A stretch of DNA of 64,000 nt from a virus, in the IMG/VR virus record IMGVR_UViG_3300009171_000001, positions 1 to 64,000 of that record; one strand, 5' to 3'. Made by a program: the position numbers and the translations under genes. Below, in pieces: positions 45,055 to 55,228 of this stretch (its first letter is position 1; each line of letters opens with the position of its first letter). Below the pieces are notes generated by a model. That model had not been told where the DNA came from, did not search any database, and saw nothing but the letters and a program-made list of their open reading frames with translations.

Positions 45055-46060
45055 ACAATTAAACAAAGAATTGAAAGCTGTTATGGCCGGATTATCCCCA
45101 CAAGAAACAATTGAACAAAGTGATTGTTTTGTTTTTCAAGATGGTAAGGTGATAACATTTAACGATGAGATTGCTTGTCATTCACCTTGTTGCTTACCCA
45201 TCACAGGGGCCATAAAAGCTACCAAGTTGTTGGGGATGATAGAACAATGGCCGGAAGATAATATCGAATTTGAAGTGGAAAAGGACAAACTCAAATTCCA
45301 AGGGAGAAATCGGCATGGTTATTTTGTTATGCAAAAACAAATTACTTTGCCTATTAAGGATATTGAAGTGGCGGGTAAATGGAATAAACTGCCTGAAGAT
45401 TTTCTAACAGCCGTATCTCTAATAGAAAAGAGCGCCAGTCATGATGAAACCAAGTTGCAATTTACCTGTTTGCATTTATCCAGCCAATGGATAGAATCCA
45501 GTGATGGTTTTCAAGCTGGACGATATTCTATGAAGTTGCCTTTTTGTAAATCCCTTTTACTTCATAAAAAAATAGTCAGATGGTTAGGTGAAATAAATGC
45601 CAATCAAATGAATGAAACCTTACATTGGATTCATTTTCGCAACAGTGAAGAAAAGGATATGATAATCAGTTGTCGCAAACGGGACCAAGGTCAAAATTAT
45701 CCCAGTGATGCATTGACGGATATATTCAAAACAAAAGGTACACCTATAAAACTACCCAAAAACTTGAAAAATCTGACAAACCGTCTTAAAGTATTTTTGG
45801 ATGAGGCGAATGTAATTCAATCATCTTTGATTATTCAATTGAACAAAAACCGCATATATATTACAGGTAGTGGAACGTATGGTGCTCAAACGGAGAGAGC
45901 TAAAATTTGTTATGATGGAAAGCCCTTCAAATTTAATATCAATCCTGAATTATTACAGGAATTTAGTACACAACATGATGAATGTATGATTTCTGACAAA
46001 AATATAAAAATACGAAAAGGGAATTATCAATTTGTATCTTGTTTGTGGCTGACTGAATGA
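45038..46060 (+). CDS. DNA sliding clamp (Pol III beta-like)
   Basis: 340 aa; S.DE++...C+H, SDGF, YP and F.INP motifs of beta clamps. Confidence 0.7.
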   Translation: MQVVREQLNKELKAVMAGLSPQETIEQSDCFVFQDGKVITFNDEIACHSPCCLPITGAIKATKLLGMIEQWPEDNIEFEVEKDKLKFQGRNRHGYFVMQKQITLPIKDIEVAGKWNKLPEDFLTAVSLIEKSASHDETKLQFTCLHLSSQWIESSDGFQAGRYSMKLPFCKSLLLHKKIVRWLGEINANQMNETLHWIHFRNSEEKDMIISCRKRDQGQNYPSDALTDIFKTKGTPIKLPKNLKNLTNRLKVFLDEANVIQSSLIIQLNKNRIYITGSGTYGAQTERAKICYDGKPFKFNINPELLQEFSTQHDECMISDKNIKIRKGNYQFVSCLWLTE

Positions 46061-47274
46061 TGCACGGTTTTCTTCTCAATACTAATACAGATAACCGAAT
46101 AGGTTTGGCTCATAATCCACAATGTGGTAGTTGTGGTTTGGCCCGCAAGTGCAAATCCCCTAAGATGAAATATACTGGTAAGGGGGAGAGGAAAATACTC
46201 ATTGTGGGGGAGGCTCCTGGGGTGGAAGAAGATAAAGTCAATGAACAATTTGTGGGTAAGGCTGGCAAACGATTGAAGCAAGAGTTGAAAAGGCAGGGTG
46301 TAGATTTATTTAGGGATTGTTGGAAAACCAACGCCATACGTTGCCGCCCACCAGAAAACAAAAAGCCCGATAACAAGCAAATTGCCTATTGTCGGCCAGC
46401 TTTGTTTTCCGAAATAGAACAACTCAAGCCTATTTCTATCTTGTTATTTGGTAATGTGGCGGCTAAGTCTGTGCTTGGTCATTTGTGGGATAATAGTGAA
46501 GGTTATGAAATGTCCACTTGGACAGATTGGTTGATACCTAATCGCAAACCCAATAGTTGGATTAGTGTTCACTATCATCCATCGTATTTAGAGCGACAGG
46601 GGGATGGTTTGTTGGATTTATTGTTTCAGCGGCATTTGAAACGGGCGTTGAAAAAGACAGAACGCCCGTGGGATAAAATCCCTAATTATGAAAATGATAT
46701 TGATATATTATATACACCCAAAACAATTATCCCTTGCATTCAGGGATTGATAAATTGGGGGGAACCAATTGCTTTTGATTATGAAACCAATTGTCTCAAA
46801 CCAGAATATGAGGGGGCAGAAATTGTTAGTTGTTCTATTTGTTGGGGGGAAGATGGGGAAGATAAGGTAATAGCCTTCCCCTGGATGAAAGAAATCCTAA
46901 AAGCAATGGATTTGTTGCTCAAAAGTCCTGTCCCAAAAATAGCCAGCAATATGAAATTTGAGGAGCGGTGGACAAAATATGTATTTGGACATCCTGTAAA
47001 GAATTGGGCGTGGGATACAATGCTGGCTGCCCATACTTTGAATAATAATGGCGGTGTAACTGGTTTGAAATTCCAAGCATTTACCCGTTTGGGTCAACCC
47101 CCATATGATAAACACATTGAATCTTATTTGAAACCTGCCCGCAAGCAATACTTGAATAGAATACGAGAAATACCATTGAAGGATTTGCTCTTGTATAATG
47201 GGATGGATTCATTATGTGAGTACCTTGTAATGCAAAAACAAAAGAAAATCGTAATGAAAGGACACAATCCTTGA
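46057..47274 (+). CDS. Family-4 uracil-DNA glycosylase fused to a 3'-5' exonuclease (N-terminal half of the split DNA polymerase)
   Basis: C..C.L, VGEAPG..ED, FVG.AG, CRPP.N, YHPS; Exo I FDYET, Exo II N.KFE, Exo III YN..D. Confidence 0.88.
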   Translation: MMHGFLLNTNTDNRIGLAHNPQCGSCGLARKCKSPKMKYTGKGERKILIVGEAPGVEEDKVNEQFVGKAGKRLKQELKRQGVDLFRDCWKTNAIRCRPPENKKPDNKQIAYCRPALFSEIEQLKPISILLFGNVAAKSVLGHLWDNSEGYEMSTWTDWLIPNRKPNSWISVHYHPSYLERQGDGLLDLLFQRHLKRALKKTERPWDKIPNYENDIDILYTPKTIIPCIQGLINWGEPIAFDYETNCLKPEYEGAEIVSCSICWGEDGEDKVIAFPWMKEILKAMDLLLKSPVPKIASNMKFEERWTKYVFGHPVKNWAWDTMLAAHTLNNNGGVTGLKFQAFTRLGQPPYDKHIESYLKPARKQYLNRIREIPLKDLLLYNGMDSLCEYLVMQKQKKIVMKGHNP

Positions 47275-47600
47275 AGGTATTAAAAGTTCAAGATTGTGAA
47301 GTGTTATTAGATGATTATGATTGGTTACGATTATGTCGAATCAAATGGAAAATCCGAACACCCAAAGATGGGGCTAAGTATATTTGTTGTAACAAATGGG
47401 TTACTTTACAAGATGGTTGTAGGGCAAAAAAAACTATCTATCTACACCGAGCTATTTCTTGTCCGCCGTATGGATTAGATTTGCCACCTGATATTGAAGT
47501 ACATCATAAAAATAGTAATCCCTTGGATAATCAACAATGTAATTTGGAACGGTTAAATCGAGTTGCTCATGGTAAAATGACACGGAATAATCATCAATGA
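47271..47600 (+). CDS. HNH endonuclease
   Basis: YLHR.I...VHH.N.NPLDN...NL motif. Confidence 0.85.
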   Translation: MKVLKVQDCEVLLDDYDWLRLCRIKWKIRTPKDGAKYICCNKWVTLQDGCRAKKTIYLHRAISCPPYGLDLPPDIEVHHKNSNPLDNQQCNLERLNRVAHGKMTRNNHQ

Positions 47601-48982
47601 TAAAAGCCACCACACAAGATGCTTATAGATTGCTTCATGAAGGCTTATTAGTTATGGCTGAAATGGAGGCGAACGGAATCTGTGTAGATGTAGATTATAT
47701 AAAACGGACACAAAGAAAAATAGATGTTCGTATTAAGTATCTTACTGAACAGTTGCAAGAAGATAAGATATACAGGGTATGGAAAAAGACATTTGGTTGG
47801 AAGACGAAACTTGGCAGCCGAGCGCAATTAGCTAATGTATTGTTTGATAAAATGGGAATACGTTCGGAGAGACAAACTAATACACGACAGGCGGCTGATG
47901 CAGAGGCTTTAGAGGGATTGAACATACCATTTGTTAAACAATATCTACATATCGAAAAGTTGAAGAAAGCCCGCAGTACATATCTTGCTAATATCCTGTA
48001 TGAAACGGTAAATGGATTTATTCATCCCAATTTTAATTTGCATATTGCAAGAACTTTTAGAGGTTCATCTGACCATCCCAATTTTCAGAATATACCTATG
48101 CGGGATGTTCTCATCAAAAAGTTAATAAGACGTAGTTTTATTGCTCGGCCAGGACATTGCTTGGTTGACTTGGACTTCAAGGGCAGTGAAGTCAACGCAG
48201 CCAGTTGGTATCATAAAGACCCAGTGATGCTAAAATATATTGCTACTAATCCAGGCAAGATGCATTTTGATGCCGCTAAACAAATCTACAAGTTGCCCAG
48301 CAAATTGATGACGCCAGAAATACGATATTGTGCAAAGAATAAGTTTGTATTCCCTCAATTTTATGGTGATTGGTGGTTAAGTTGTGCACACAATTTATGG
48401 AATGCTATTGATAGGATGAAATTGAAAACCGCTAATGGCATCCCATTGAAAGAATGGCTTGAAAGAAAGGGCATAGTATGTTTGGGGACAGGTGATACAA
48501 AAAATATAAATCCTAAATCTTTTGAAGCCCATTTGAAGGAGGTAGAATATGACTTTTGGCATAATCGTTTTGCTGTATATCAAGAATGGAAAGAAGAGTG
48601 GTGGGAACAATATCAAGAACGTGGGTGGTTTCAAATGTTATCGGGTTTTAGGGTGTCGGGATATTTGAATCGTAAAGAGGTCATCAATTATCCAGTACAA
48701 GGTACAGCATTTCATGCTTTGCTTTGGTGTCTCATTCGTATTAGCCAATTGTTAAAAAAGTATAATATGAAAACAAAACTGGTTGGGCAAATCCATGATG
48801 ATGCTGTGAGTGATGTACCGGAAAAGGAGTTAAGCAATTATATAGAAATAGCATTAGATGTAATTATGGTACAGTTGAAAAAACATTGGCATTGGATAAT
48901 CACGCCCATGCAAGTGGAGATTGAGACAACTGAAATAGGTGGTTCGTGGTATGGTAAAAAGGAATACAAAATTACCAATTAA
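47597..48982 (+). CDS. polA: Family A DNA polymerase, polymerase domain
   Basis: SSD.PNFQNIP, DLDF...E (motif A), R..AK...F...YG (motif B), NYPVQGTA, QIHD (motif C). Confidence 0.93.
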   Translation: MIKATTQDAYRLLHEGLLVMAEMEANGICVDVDYIKRTQRKIDVRIKYLTEQLQEDKIYRVWKKTFGWKTKLGSRAQLANVLFDKMGIRSERQTNTRQAADAEALEGLNIPFVKQYLHIEKLKKARSTYLANILYETVNGFIHPNFNLHIARTFRGSSDHPNFQNIPMRDVLIKKLIRRSFIARPGHCLVDLDFKGSEVNAASWYHKDPVMLKYIATNPGKMHFDAAKQIYKLPSKLMTPEIRYCAKNKFVFPQFYGDWWLSCAHNLWNAIDRMKLKTANGIPLKEWLERKGIVCLGTGDTKNINPKSFEAHLKEVEYDFWHNRFAVYQEWKEEWWEQYQERGWFQMLSGFRVSGYLNRKEVINYPVQGTAFHALLWCLIRISQLLKKYNMKTKLVGQIHDDAVSDVPEKELSNYIEIALDVIMVQLKKHWHWIITPMQVEIETTEIGGSWYGKKEYKITN

Positions 48983-49616
48983 TCAAATCATCTGCGGTGA
49001 TTGTAGAGAAATCATCAAGGATTGGCCAGATGGATGTATTGACTTAATCCTTACTGACCCACCGTATGGTATTGATTATGCAAAGATTCAAGGGACAAGG
49101 CCCAATGAGAAAAAGAGAAAAGTGTTTGAAGGTGATAAAATTCCAATAGATATGACCTTTTTGTTTAATCGGCCCGAACCTAAAATCATTTTTGGTGCAA
49201 ACAACTTTTGGAAACAAATACCTACACGTGGTCGATGGTTATGTTGGGACAAAAGAACAAAAATAAGTGCTGATAAGACTCTGGGCTCGCCATTTGAATT
49301 AGCTTGGATAAATCGAGAACACGGTTATAATAGAATCTATCGTGTGATGCATGGAGGTGTTATTAATAATGACCAGTATTATGGCGAAAGAAAAAGATGG
49401 CATCCAACACAAAAGCCCATCAATTTAATGAGATTGATATTGGAAGATTTTAGCAAACCCAACGACATAATCCTTGACCCATTTTGTGGTAGTGGTACTA
49501 CCTGTATAGCCGCCGCCTTAATAGGCCGTCGATACATTGGTATTGATATTGATGAACAGTATTGTGAAATAAGTAGGAAAAGAATTAAACGAATAACAAG
49601 TGGGATGTTAATATGA
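48951..49616 (+). CDS. DNA N6-adenine/N4-cytosine methyltransferase (beta class)
   Basis: TDPPY, HPTQKP and LDPFCGSGTT motifs. Confidence 0.92.
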   Translation: MVKRNTKLPINQIICGDCREIIKDWPDGCIDLILTDPPYGIDYAKIQGTRPNEKKRKVFEGDKIPIDMTFLFNRPEPKIIFGANNFWKQIPTRGRWLCWDKRTKISADKTLGSPFELAWINREHGYNRIYRVMHGGVINNDQYYGERKRWHPTQKPINLMRLILEDFSKPNDIILDPFCGSGTTCIAAALIGRRYIGIDIDEQYCEISRKRIKRITSGMLI

Positions 49617-49957
49617 GTTGGTGGATTAGTCTAAGAGATTCTCAAGGTGATTATCTGGAAACAGATACTATTTGTTGCGAAGGTGGTACGCAAGTTGTAG
49701 GTGGTACGAGTGAAGCAGTATTGAATGTTACCTACAACTATGGCAAACATTTTTGCTTTCCAAAACTTCAAGGATTGACAGCCATAGAAGCCAAACCCAT
49801 TTTATCTGAAGCAATTAAACAACTTAAAGATGACACCGATGAAGATTATTGGAAAGCTACGGAAGGCAATGCCAAGCGAGCTATACAAACTCTGTTGGAT
49901 TTTTGCGAATTTGCTATCCGTACCAACCGGACAGATGCAAAGTTTGTAGTGAACTAA
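49613..49957 (+). CDS. Hypothetical phage protein
   Basis: EGGT..VGG...A.LN+TYNY...DYWK.TEGNAK motif seen in many phages. Confidence 0.65.
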   Translation: MSWWISLRDSQGDYLETDTICCEGGTQVVGGTSEAVLNVTYNYGKHFCFPKLQGLTAIEAKPILSEAIKQLKDDTDEDYWKATEGNAKRAIQTLLDFCEFAIRTNRTDAKFVVN

Positions 49958-49971
49958 AAGGAGATGATGCA

Positions 49972-50889
49972 ATGATGGAATTGTACCGTAAATATCGCCC
50001 GACACGTTTGAAGGATGTTTTGGGACAACCTGAAGCTGTAAACATTCTTCGCAAGAAAATCAAAAGTGAATCCGTACCCCACGCCATCTTATTTCATGGC
50101 CCCCCAGGTACGGGCAAAACCACCTTAGCACGTATAATAGCTAAGCACGTTAAGTGTAGTGATTATGATTTGCAAGAAAAGAATACTGCCGATTATAGGG
50201 GGATTGATAGTATTAGGGAAATCCGCAATAGTGTAAATCAAGCACCTATGAGTGGTGAATCCCGCGTATGGATATTAGATGAAGTACATAAGGCTACTAA
50301 TGATGCCCAAAATGCAATGCTCAAATTATTAGAAGAGCCACCTGACCATGTTTATTTTATCTTGTGCACTACTGACCCCCAAAAACTACTTTCAACCATC
50401 CTACAGCGGTGTACTGTTATCCGTTTGTTACCCATCCCGTTTGAAGATATTAGGGATATAGTAAAGAATGTTTGTCATCAAGAAAATATCAAATTATCGA
50501 AAAAGGTTTTTGAGCGGCTGATAGAATATGCGGAAGGTTCTGCCCGTGAAGCCCTACAAATCCTGGACAAAATATATCAATTGGAAGATGAACGGGAACA
50601 ATTAGATGCTATTGAAAAAGCATCTGTCAAAACTCAAGCTATCACTATTGCCAGGATGTTGTTGAATACAAAAACAAAATGGAAACAAATATCCCCTATT
50701 TTGAAAGAATTAGAAAATGAGGATGCTGAACAAATCCGATATATGATATTGGGTTATGGACGGGCAGTTTTGTTAAGTAAAGATACCCCACGGGCATTCA
50801 GAATGATTGAATCATTCCGTGATAATTTTTATGATAGCAAATTTAGTGGTGTGGTGGCAGCTTGTTATGAGGTGATTCAAGGTGGATAA
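49972..50889 (+). CDS. dnaX: Clamp loader, DNA Pol III gamma/tau-like
   Basis: LYRKYRP, GPPGTGKTT, LDEVH, QNAMLK.LEEP and GSAR motifs. Confidence 0.92.
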   Translation: MMELYRKYRPTRLKDVLGQPEAVNILRKKIKSESVPHAILFHGPPGTGKTTLARIIAKHVKCSDYDLQEKNTADYRGIDSIREIRNSVNQAPMSGESRVWILDEVHKATNDAQNAMLKLLEEPPDHVYFILCTTDPQKLLSTILQRCTVIRLLPIPFEDIRDIVKNVCHQENIKLSKKVFERLIEYAEGSAREALQILDKIYQLEDEREQLDAIEKASVKTQAITIARMLLNTKTKWKQISPILKELENEDAEQIRYMILGYGRAVLLSKDTPRAFRMIESFRDNFYDSKFSGVVAACYEVIQGG

Positions 50890-50949
50890 ATTAACGGGTT
50901 GTTAGAAAACAATGGGCAATAATATAGTAAAAGGAAAGGTTTATTTTTT

Positions 50950-51420
50950 ATGAATAAAAGTGAACAAAAAGAATTTGAAGGTTTGTTAGATATTGATAAG
51001 ACACGATTGGATGAGGAATGTGAAAGACAACCATATCTTGTTTGGGAATATGGCCGTATGTCAGCTAAGGCTCTGCGGGATGTAGATGATGCTTTGTCTA
51101 ATCTCAAATTGGTTGAAGCTGATGTAGATGCGGCTGTAAGGGATGCCCCTGCTAAATTTGGGCTGGACAAGATAAATGAAACTGCTATCAAACGTGCTAT
51201 TTTACGCAGCGAGGAGTTTCAGGAGGCTCAAGAACAATTGAATAAGGCAAAATACCGAGTGAATGTTCTTGAAGCAGCTAATAGGTCATTGGATCATCGT
51301 AGAACATCCTTAACAATGTTGGACAAACAAGATGAACGTGGTTACTTTGCCCGCCCCACACAAAAGGTACGGACAGATACCGGCAAATCACCTCATCGCA
51401 AAACTTTGAAAAAGCAATAA
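50950..51420 (+). CDS. UvsY-like recombination mediator
   Basis: Helical 156 aa (ID...LDEE...QP...K.+E.AI); upstream of SSB and RecA. Confidence 0.55.
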   Translation: MNKSEQKEFEGLLDIDKTRLDEECERQPYLVWEYGRMSAKALRDVDDALSNLKLVEADVDAAVRDAPAKFGLDKINETAIKRAILRSEEFQEAQEQLNKAKYRVNVLEAANRSLDHRRTSLTMLDKQDERGYFARPTQKVRTDTGKSPHRKTLKKQ

Positions 51421-51599
51421 TATGAACAACCCAGTAAATGATATTATTACTTTTGGAATAATTGTAGTAGTATTACCTATTTTGACTTATTTCATAGTCA
51501 AATTTGGTGCGGCAGGTTATTATAGTGCTAAGCGTATATGGGATAAATCATCCCAAAATGATAGTAAAGATGAACAAGATGAAATAAAGGAGTAGTAGT

Positions 51600-52745
51600 A
51601 TGAGCAGACAAAGTAAGAAACGTGAAAAGAGAAGTGTGGCCGGAGCAACGGCTAAAAGGAGGGAGAAGGCTGGACAGGGATTTTCTGATATGTTCAACTT
51701 TCCCAAAGGGACGGAAACCTTTGGTATAGATTCCTCCGGTGTCAAACGTATCGACATTGTGCCTTACGTGGTAGGCAAAGGCAACCCCAATGCGGAAGAT
51801 GGGGCTTTTTATTGGGAGAGGACGTTCTTTGCTCATCGTGGCATCGGGGTGAACAACGATTGGGTTGTGTGTCCTGCCCGCACGGTTAAAAAGCCTTGTC
51901 CAATTTGTGAGTTGGCTGCCAAGATGCAAAAGGATGCTGATGCTGATGAGGATGCAGTCAAAGCTCTCTCCCCCAGCAAACGCATGCTTGTAAATGTACG
52001 CGACCTCAAGAAAGACCCTGACAAAGTAAAAGTCTGGCATGTATCTCATTGGTACTTTGGCAAGGCTCTTGATGAAGCACTCGCATCGGCGTATGAAGAC
52101 CACGAAGACAACATGGACAATTTCTGCGACCCTGAAGGTGGTCATTATCTCAAGTGTATGGCTGAGACTGGTTGGGAGGGGCAAGGTTATCAAATTGCCC
52201 GTGTGGACTTCGTTCCGCGTAAAGAGGATTTGACTGATGAAATCCTTGAAAAAGCAGTATGCCTCGATGACGCACTCAATATCAAGAGCTATGAGGAAAT
52301 AAAAGAAATGCTTTATGCGGGGGAAGATGAAGATGAAAAGCCGGCAAAAAAGTCCAAATCTAAATCGGACGATGATGATGAGGACGATGAGGATGAGGAT
52401 GAAAAGCCGGCAAAAAAGTCCAAATCTAAATCCAAATCAAAGGATGATGATGATGAAGATGATGACGAAGAGGCCGATGATGATGATGATGATGATGATG
52501 AAGATGATGATGATGATGATGATGAAGAGGCCGATGATGATGATGAAGAGGCCGATGACGAGGACGATGAGGATGAAAAGCCGGCAAAAAAGCCCAAGCC
52601 CAAGCCCAAATCCAAATCCAAATCTAAATCTAAATTAGATGATGATGAGGAGGAGGAGGAAGACGAGGAGGACGACGATACCGAAGACGAGGACGATGAT
52701 TGGGATGATGATGAGGATGAAAAGCCCAAAAAGGGCAAAAAGTAA
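51600..52745 (+). CDS. Single-stranded DNA-binding protein (gp32-like) with long acidic tail
   Basis: H..+G......CP......CP+CE zinc motif; F.DP..G; ~140-aa D/E/K tail. Confidence 0.78.
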   Translation: MSRQSKKREKRSVAGATAKRREKAGQGFSDMFNFPKGTETFGIDSSGVKRIDIVPYVVGKGNPNAEDGAFYWERTFFAHRGIGVNNDWVVCPARTVKKPCPICELAAKMQKDADADEDAVKALSPSKRMLVNVRDLKKDPDKVKVWHVSHWYFGKALDEALASAYEDHEDNMDNFCDPEGGHYLKCMAETGWEGQGYQIARVDFVPRKEDLTDEILEKAVCLDDALNIKSYEEIKEMLYAGEDEDEKPAKKSKSKSDDDDEDDEDEDEKPAKKSKSKSKSKDDDDEDDDEEADDDDDDDDEDDDDDDDEEADDDDEEADDEDDEDEKPAKKPKPKPKSKSKSKSKLDDDEEEEEDEEDDDTEDEDDDWDDDEDEKPKKGKK

Positions 52746-52760
52746 ATTCTCTTAAATTTT

Positions 52761-52831
52761 GGTGGGCAGGTACATTAAACAGTAACTATTGGGTCTGGTT
52801 TGATTGCCTAAAAATCCTGCCCACCTATTTT
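52761..52831 (+). terminator. Hairpin after SSB, related to the 15.8-17.1 kb elements
   Basis: GGTGGGCAGG...CCTGCCCACC followed by TATTTTT. Confidence 0.6.
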
Positions 52832-52847
52832 TGACTTCCAGGTAAAT

Positions 52848-53894
52848 ATGAAAACTGAAGAAATAAAACGACGCTTGAAACATCGTAAAGAAAACAAAGA
52901 ATTGACTGCCGGTGATTTTGTAAGTACCGGCAGTTCAATGCTCAATCTTGCCTGTACAGACAACCCAAACAAAGGCTTTGCTAAGGGATATTACTACCTA
53001 TTAGTTGGCACAAGCCAATCGGGCAAAACCTTTTTATCGTTGACCTGTTTGGCAGAGGCTACACGTAATCCCTGTTTTCAGAATCATCAATTCATTTATG
53101 ATGATGTGGAACGGGGAGCTTTAATGGACATCGAAAAGTTTTTTGGCAAGGCGGTAAAAGAAAGGTTGAAGGTCATTCATTCTCATACTATAGAGGAGTT
53201 TTATTATCGGTTGGACAATCTTGCCAAAAAGGGCAAACCATTTATTTATATATTGGATTCTATGGATGGTTTGACCAGCCAGGCAGAGCTCAAGAAATTT
53301 GGTCAGCAAAAGAAAGCATATCGAGAGGAGCGTGAAGCACCTGGTAGTTATGGGGATGGCAAGGCAAAAATCAATAGTCAAAATTTGCGATGTGTCCTCA
53401 ATCCACTTCAAGAAACAGGTAGCATACTCATCATTATAAATCAAACACGGGACAAATTGACGGGTTTTGGGGGTAAGACACGGAGTGGGGGGAATGCCTT
53501 ACAATTCTATGCTTGTTTAGAAATATGGAGTGATGTTAAGAAACATATCACCAAAGTGTACAAAGGCAAACCACGGGCTCAGGGTGTATTGTGTACTTTG
53601 CGGGTGAAAAAGAACCGATTCAAAGGCAAAGACAGGATGATTGAAATACCCATCTATTATAGTTATGGTATAGATGATGTGGGTTCCTGCATAGATTATT
53701 TGGTGAGTGAAAAACATTGGAAAAAACGGGATGGGAGTATCATAGCCCCTGAATTTGATTTCAAAGGCAAACGTAATAGCCTCATTCAACATATAATCAA
53801 TAATAATATGGAAAAAGATTTGGGGGAGGTGGTGATGGATGCTTGGCAGGAAATAGAGAGGGCAATTGATATAAAAAGAAAACCAAGATATTGA
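52848..53894 (+). CDS. recA: RecA/UvsX-like recombinase
   Basis: STGS..L, G.SQSGKT, LDS, INQ.R, GG.AL.FYA and KN+ motifs. Confidence 0.9.
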   Translation: MKTEEIKRRLKHRKENKELTAGDFVSTGSSMLNLACTDNPNKGFAKGYYYLLVGTSQSGKTFLSLTCLAEATRNPCFQNHQFIYDDVERGALMDIEKFFGKAVKERLKVIHSHTIEEFYYRLDNLAKKGKPFIYILDSMDGLTSQAELKKFGQQKKAYREEREAPGSYGDGKAKINSQNLRCVLNPLQETGSILIIINQTRDKLTGFGGKTRSGGNALQFYACLEIWSDVKKHITKVYKGKPRAQGVLCTLRVKKNRFKGKDRMIEIPIYYSYGIDDVGSCIDYLVSEKHWKKRDGSIIAPEFDFKGKRNSLIQHIINNNMEKDLGEVVMDAWQEIERAIDIKRKPRY

Positions 53895-54082
53895 CGGATA
53901 GTAAAAAGGATTTTTTGATGGACAAGGATAGAATTATCAGGATATTAGAATGGATGATATATTCCCTCAAAGTATATTATACCAACGCTTTTGGGGATGA
54001 GGATTTACCAGACGATCAAATCAACTGGAGTCCTGAAATGAAAGAGGCTATGGATGTATTGGAGGAGTTGAAAAGGGAATGA
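53891..54082 (+). CDS. Hypothetical protein
   Basis: 63 aa, overlaps both neighbours. Confidence 0.5.
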   Translation: MTDSKKDFLMDKDRIIRILEWMIYSLKVYYTNAFGDEDLPDDQINWSPEMKEAMDVLEELKRE

Positions 54083-54921
54083 ACCAACGTCATCTCATTC
54101 TTGATAGTAACTACCTGGCCCATCGTGCTAAGTATGTGTTTGGTAATTTGTCTGACAAAGGCTCTGCTACGGGTGTTATATATGGATTTCTAAAAGATTT
54201 GTTGATATTAAGAGATAAGTTTCAAACCAACCATTTTGTGTTTTGTTGGGACCATCCATTTTCCAAACGCCAAAATTTGTTACCTGCATATAAACAGCAT
54301 CGAGAGAAAGAGTTTGATAGTAAAGAGGAGCAGGAGTTTGAATTAGAATTTCAAAGACAAATTATTGCATTGCGAGATACTTATTTACCTATCATCGGAT
54401 TTTGTAATATCTTTTGGCAAGTGGGATATGAAGCTGATGATATAATTGCTATGGTTTGTAAAAATCTCAATCCTGCTACAGAAGAAGGAATTATAGTAAC
54501 AGCAGACCAGGATTTATATCAACTCCTTCGGATAAATATCACTTGGTATAATCCGAGAACAAAAGAACATTTGAATGTTTCTAAATTCAAAAAGAAATAT
54601 GGTATCAAACCTAAACAATGGATAAAAGTCAAAGCTATTGCTGGTTGTCATAGTGATAATGTACCTGGTGTGCCAGGTGTGGGTGAGAAAACTGCTATCA
54701 AGTATTTGCGGGGTGAATTGAATCCCTCTTACAAAACATATCAAGCCATTAAAAATCATTGGCAAGATATTGTGCTACGAAATCGGCCTTTGGTAGAATT
54801 ACCTTTGAATGGTACAATATCCCGTAGTCTAAAAGAAGCAGACAATGTGACACAAGAGGGTTGGAACGAAGTTACTAAAGCATTGGGAATGAAAAGCATA
54901 CGGTACAAAAATATAATGTGA
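54079..54921 (+). CDS. 5'-3' exonuclease / flap endonuclease
   Basis: LD...LAHR, YK..R, EADD.I, D.D..QL and SDN+PGV.G+GEKTA motifs. Confidence 0.92.
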   Translation: MNQRHLILDSNYLAHRAKYVFGNLSDKGSATGVIYGFLKDLLILRDKFQTNHFVFCWDHPFSKRQNLLPAYKQHREKEFDSKEEQEFELEFQRQIIALRDTYLPIIGFCNIFWQVGYEADDIIAMVCKNLNPATEEGIIVTADQDLYQLLRINITWYNPRTKEHLNVSKFKKKYGIKPKQWIKVKAIAGCHSDNVPGVPGVGEKTAIKYLRGELNPSYKTYQAIKNHWQDIVLRNRPLVELPLNGTISRSLKEADNVTQEGWNEVTKALGMKSIRYKNIM

Positions 54922-54931
54922 AAGGAAAAAG

Positions 54932-55228
54932 ATGTTTATCACAAAGATGCCCATCACAGGTAATTTCAAAATCAGTTTTCAAAGACAGGATAGTCACATT
55001 AGAGGGAAAGTAGATACTTTGTGTGAAATTCGTCGGATCAATTCAGAAAATTCACTCATTTCGTCTGCAACAGCACATCTTCATCCTAAAGATAAATATG
55101 ACAAAGTTAAGGGTAAGAAAGTTGCTTTAACCAAAGCACTTGCCAAATGTCTTCTTTTTGACAAGATAGACCGAGGATGTTTTTGGCTGGATTTTCGGCA
55201 TTGGGTAAATAGTTGGAAGGCAAAATAA
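54932..55228 (+). CDS. Hypothetical phage protein
   Basis: A..HP.D.YDK..G+K+AL.+AL motif. Confidence 0.6.
   Translation: MFITKMPITGNFKISFQRQDSHIRGKVDTLCEIRRINSENSLISSATAHLHPKDKYDKVKGKKVALTKALAKCLLFDKIDRGCFWLDFRHWVNSWKAK

Noticed and set aside
47271-47600. Group I intron in the DNA polymerase
   Set aside because: The ORFs overlap at both junctions and no non-coding P/Q/R/S elements are visible
52313-52738. Poly-Ser and poly-Met ORFs
   Set aside because: Alternative-frame shadows of the SSB GAT-repeat tail
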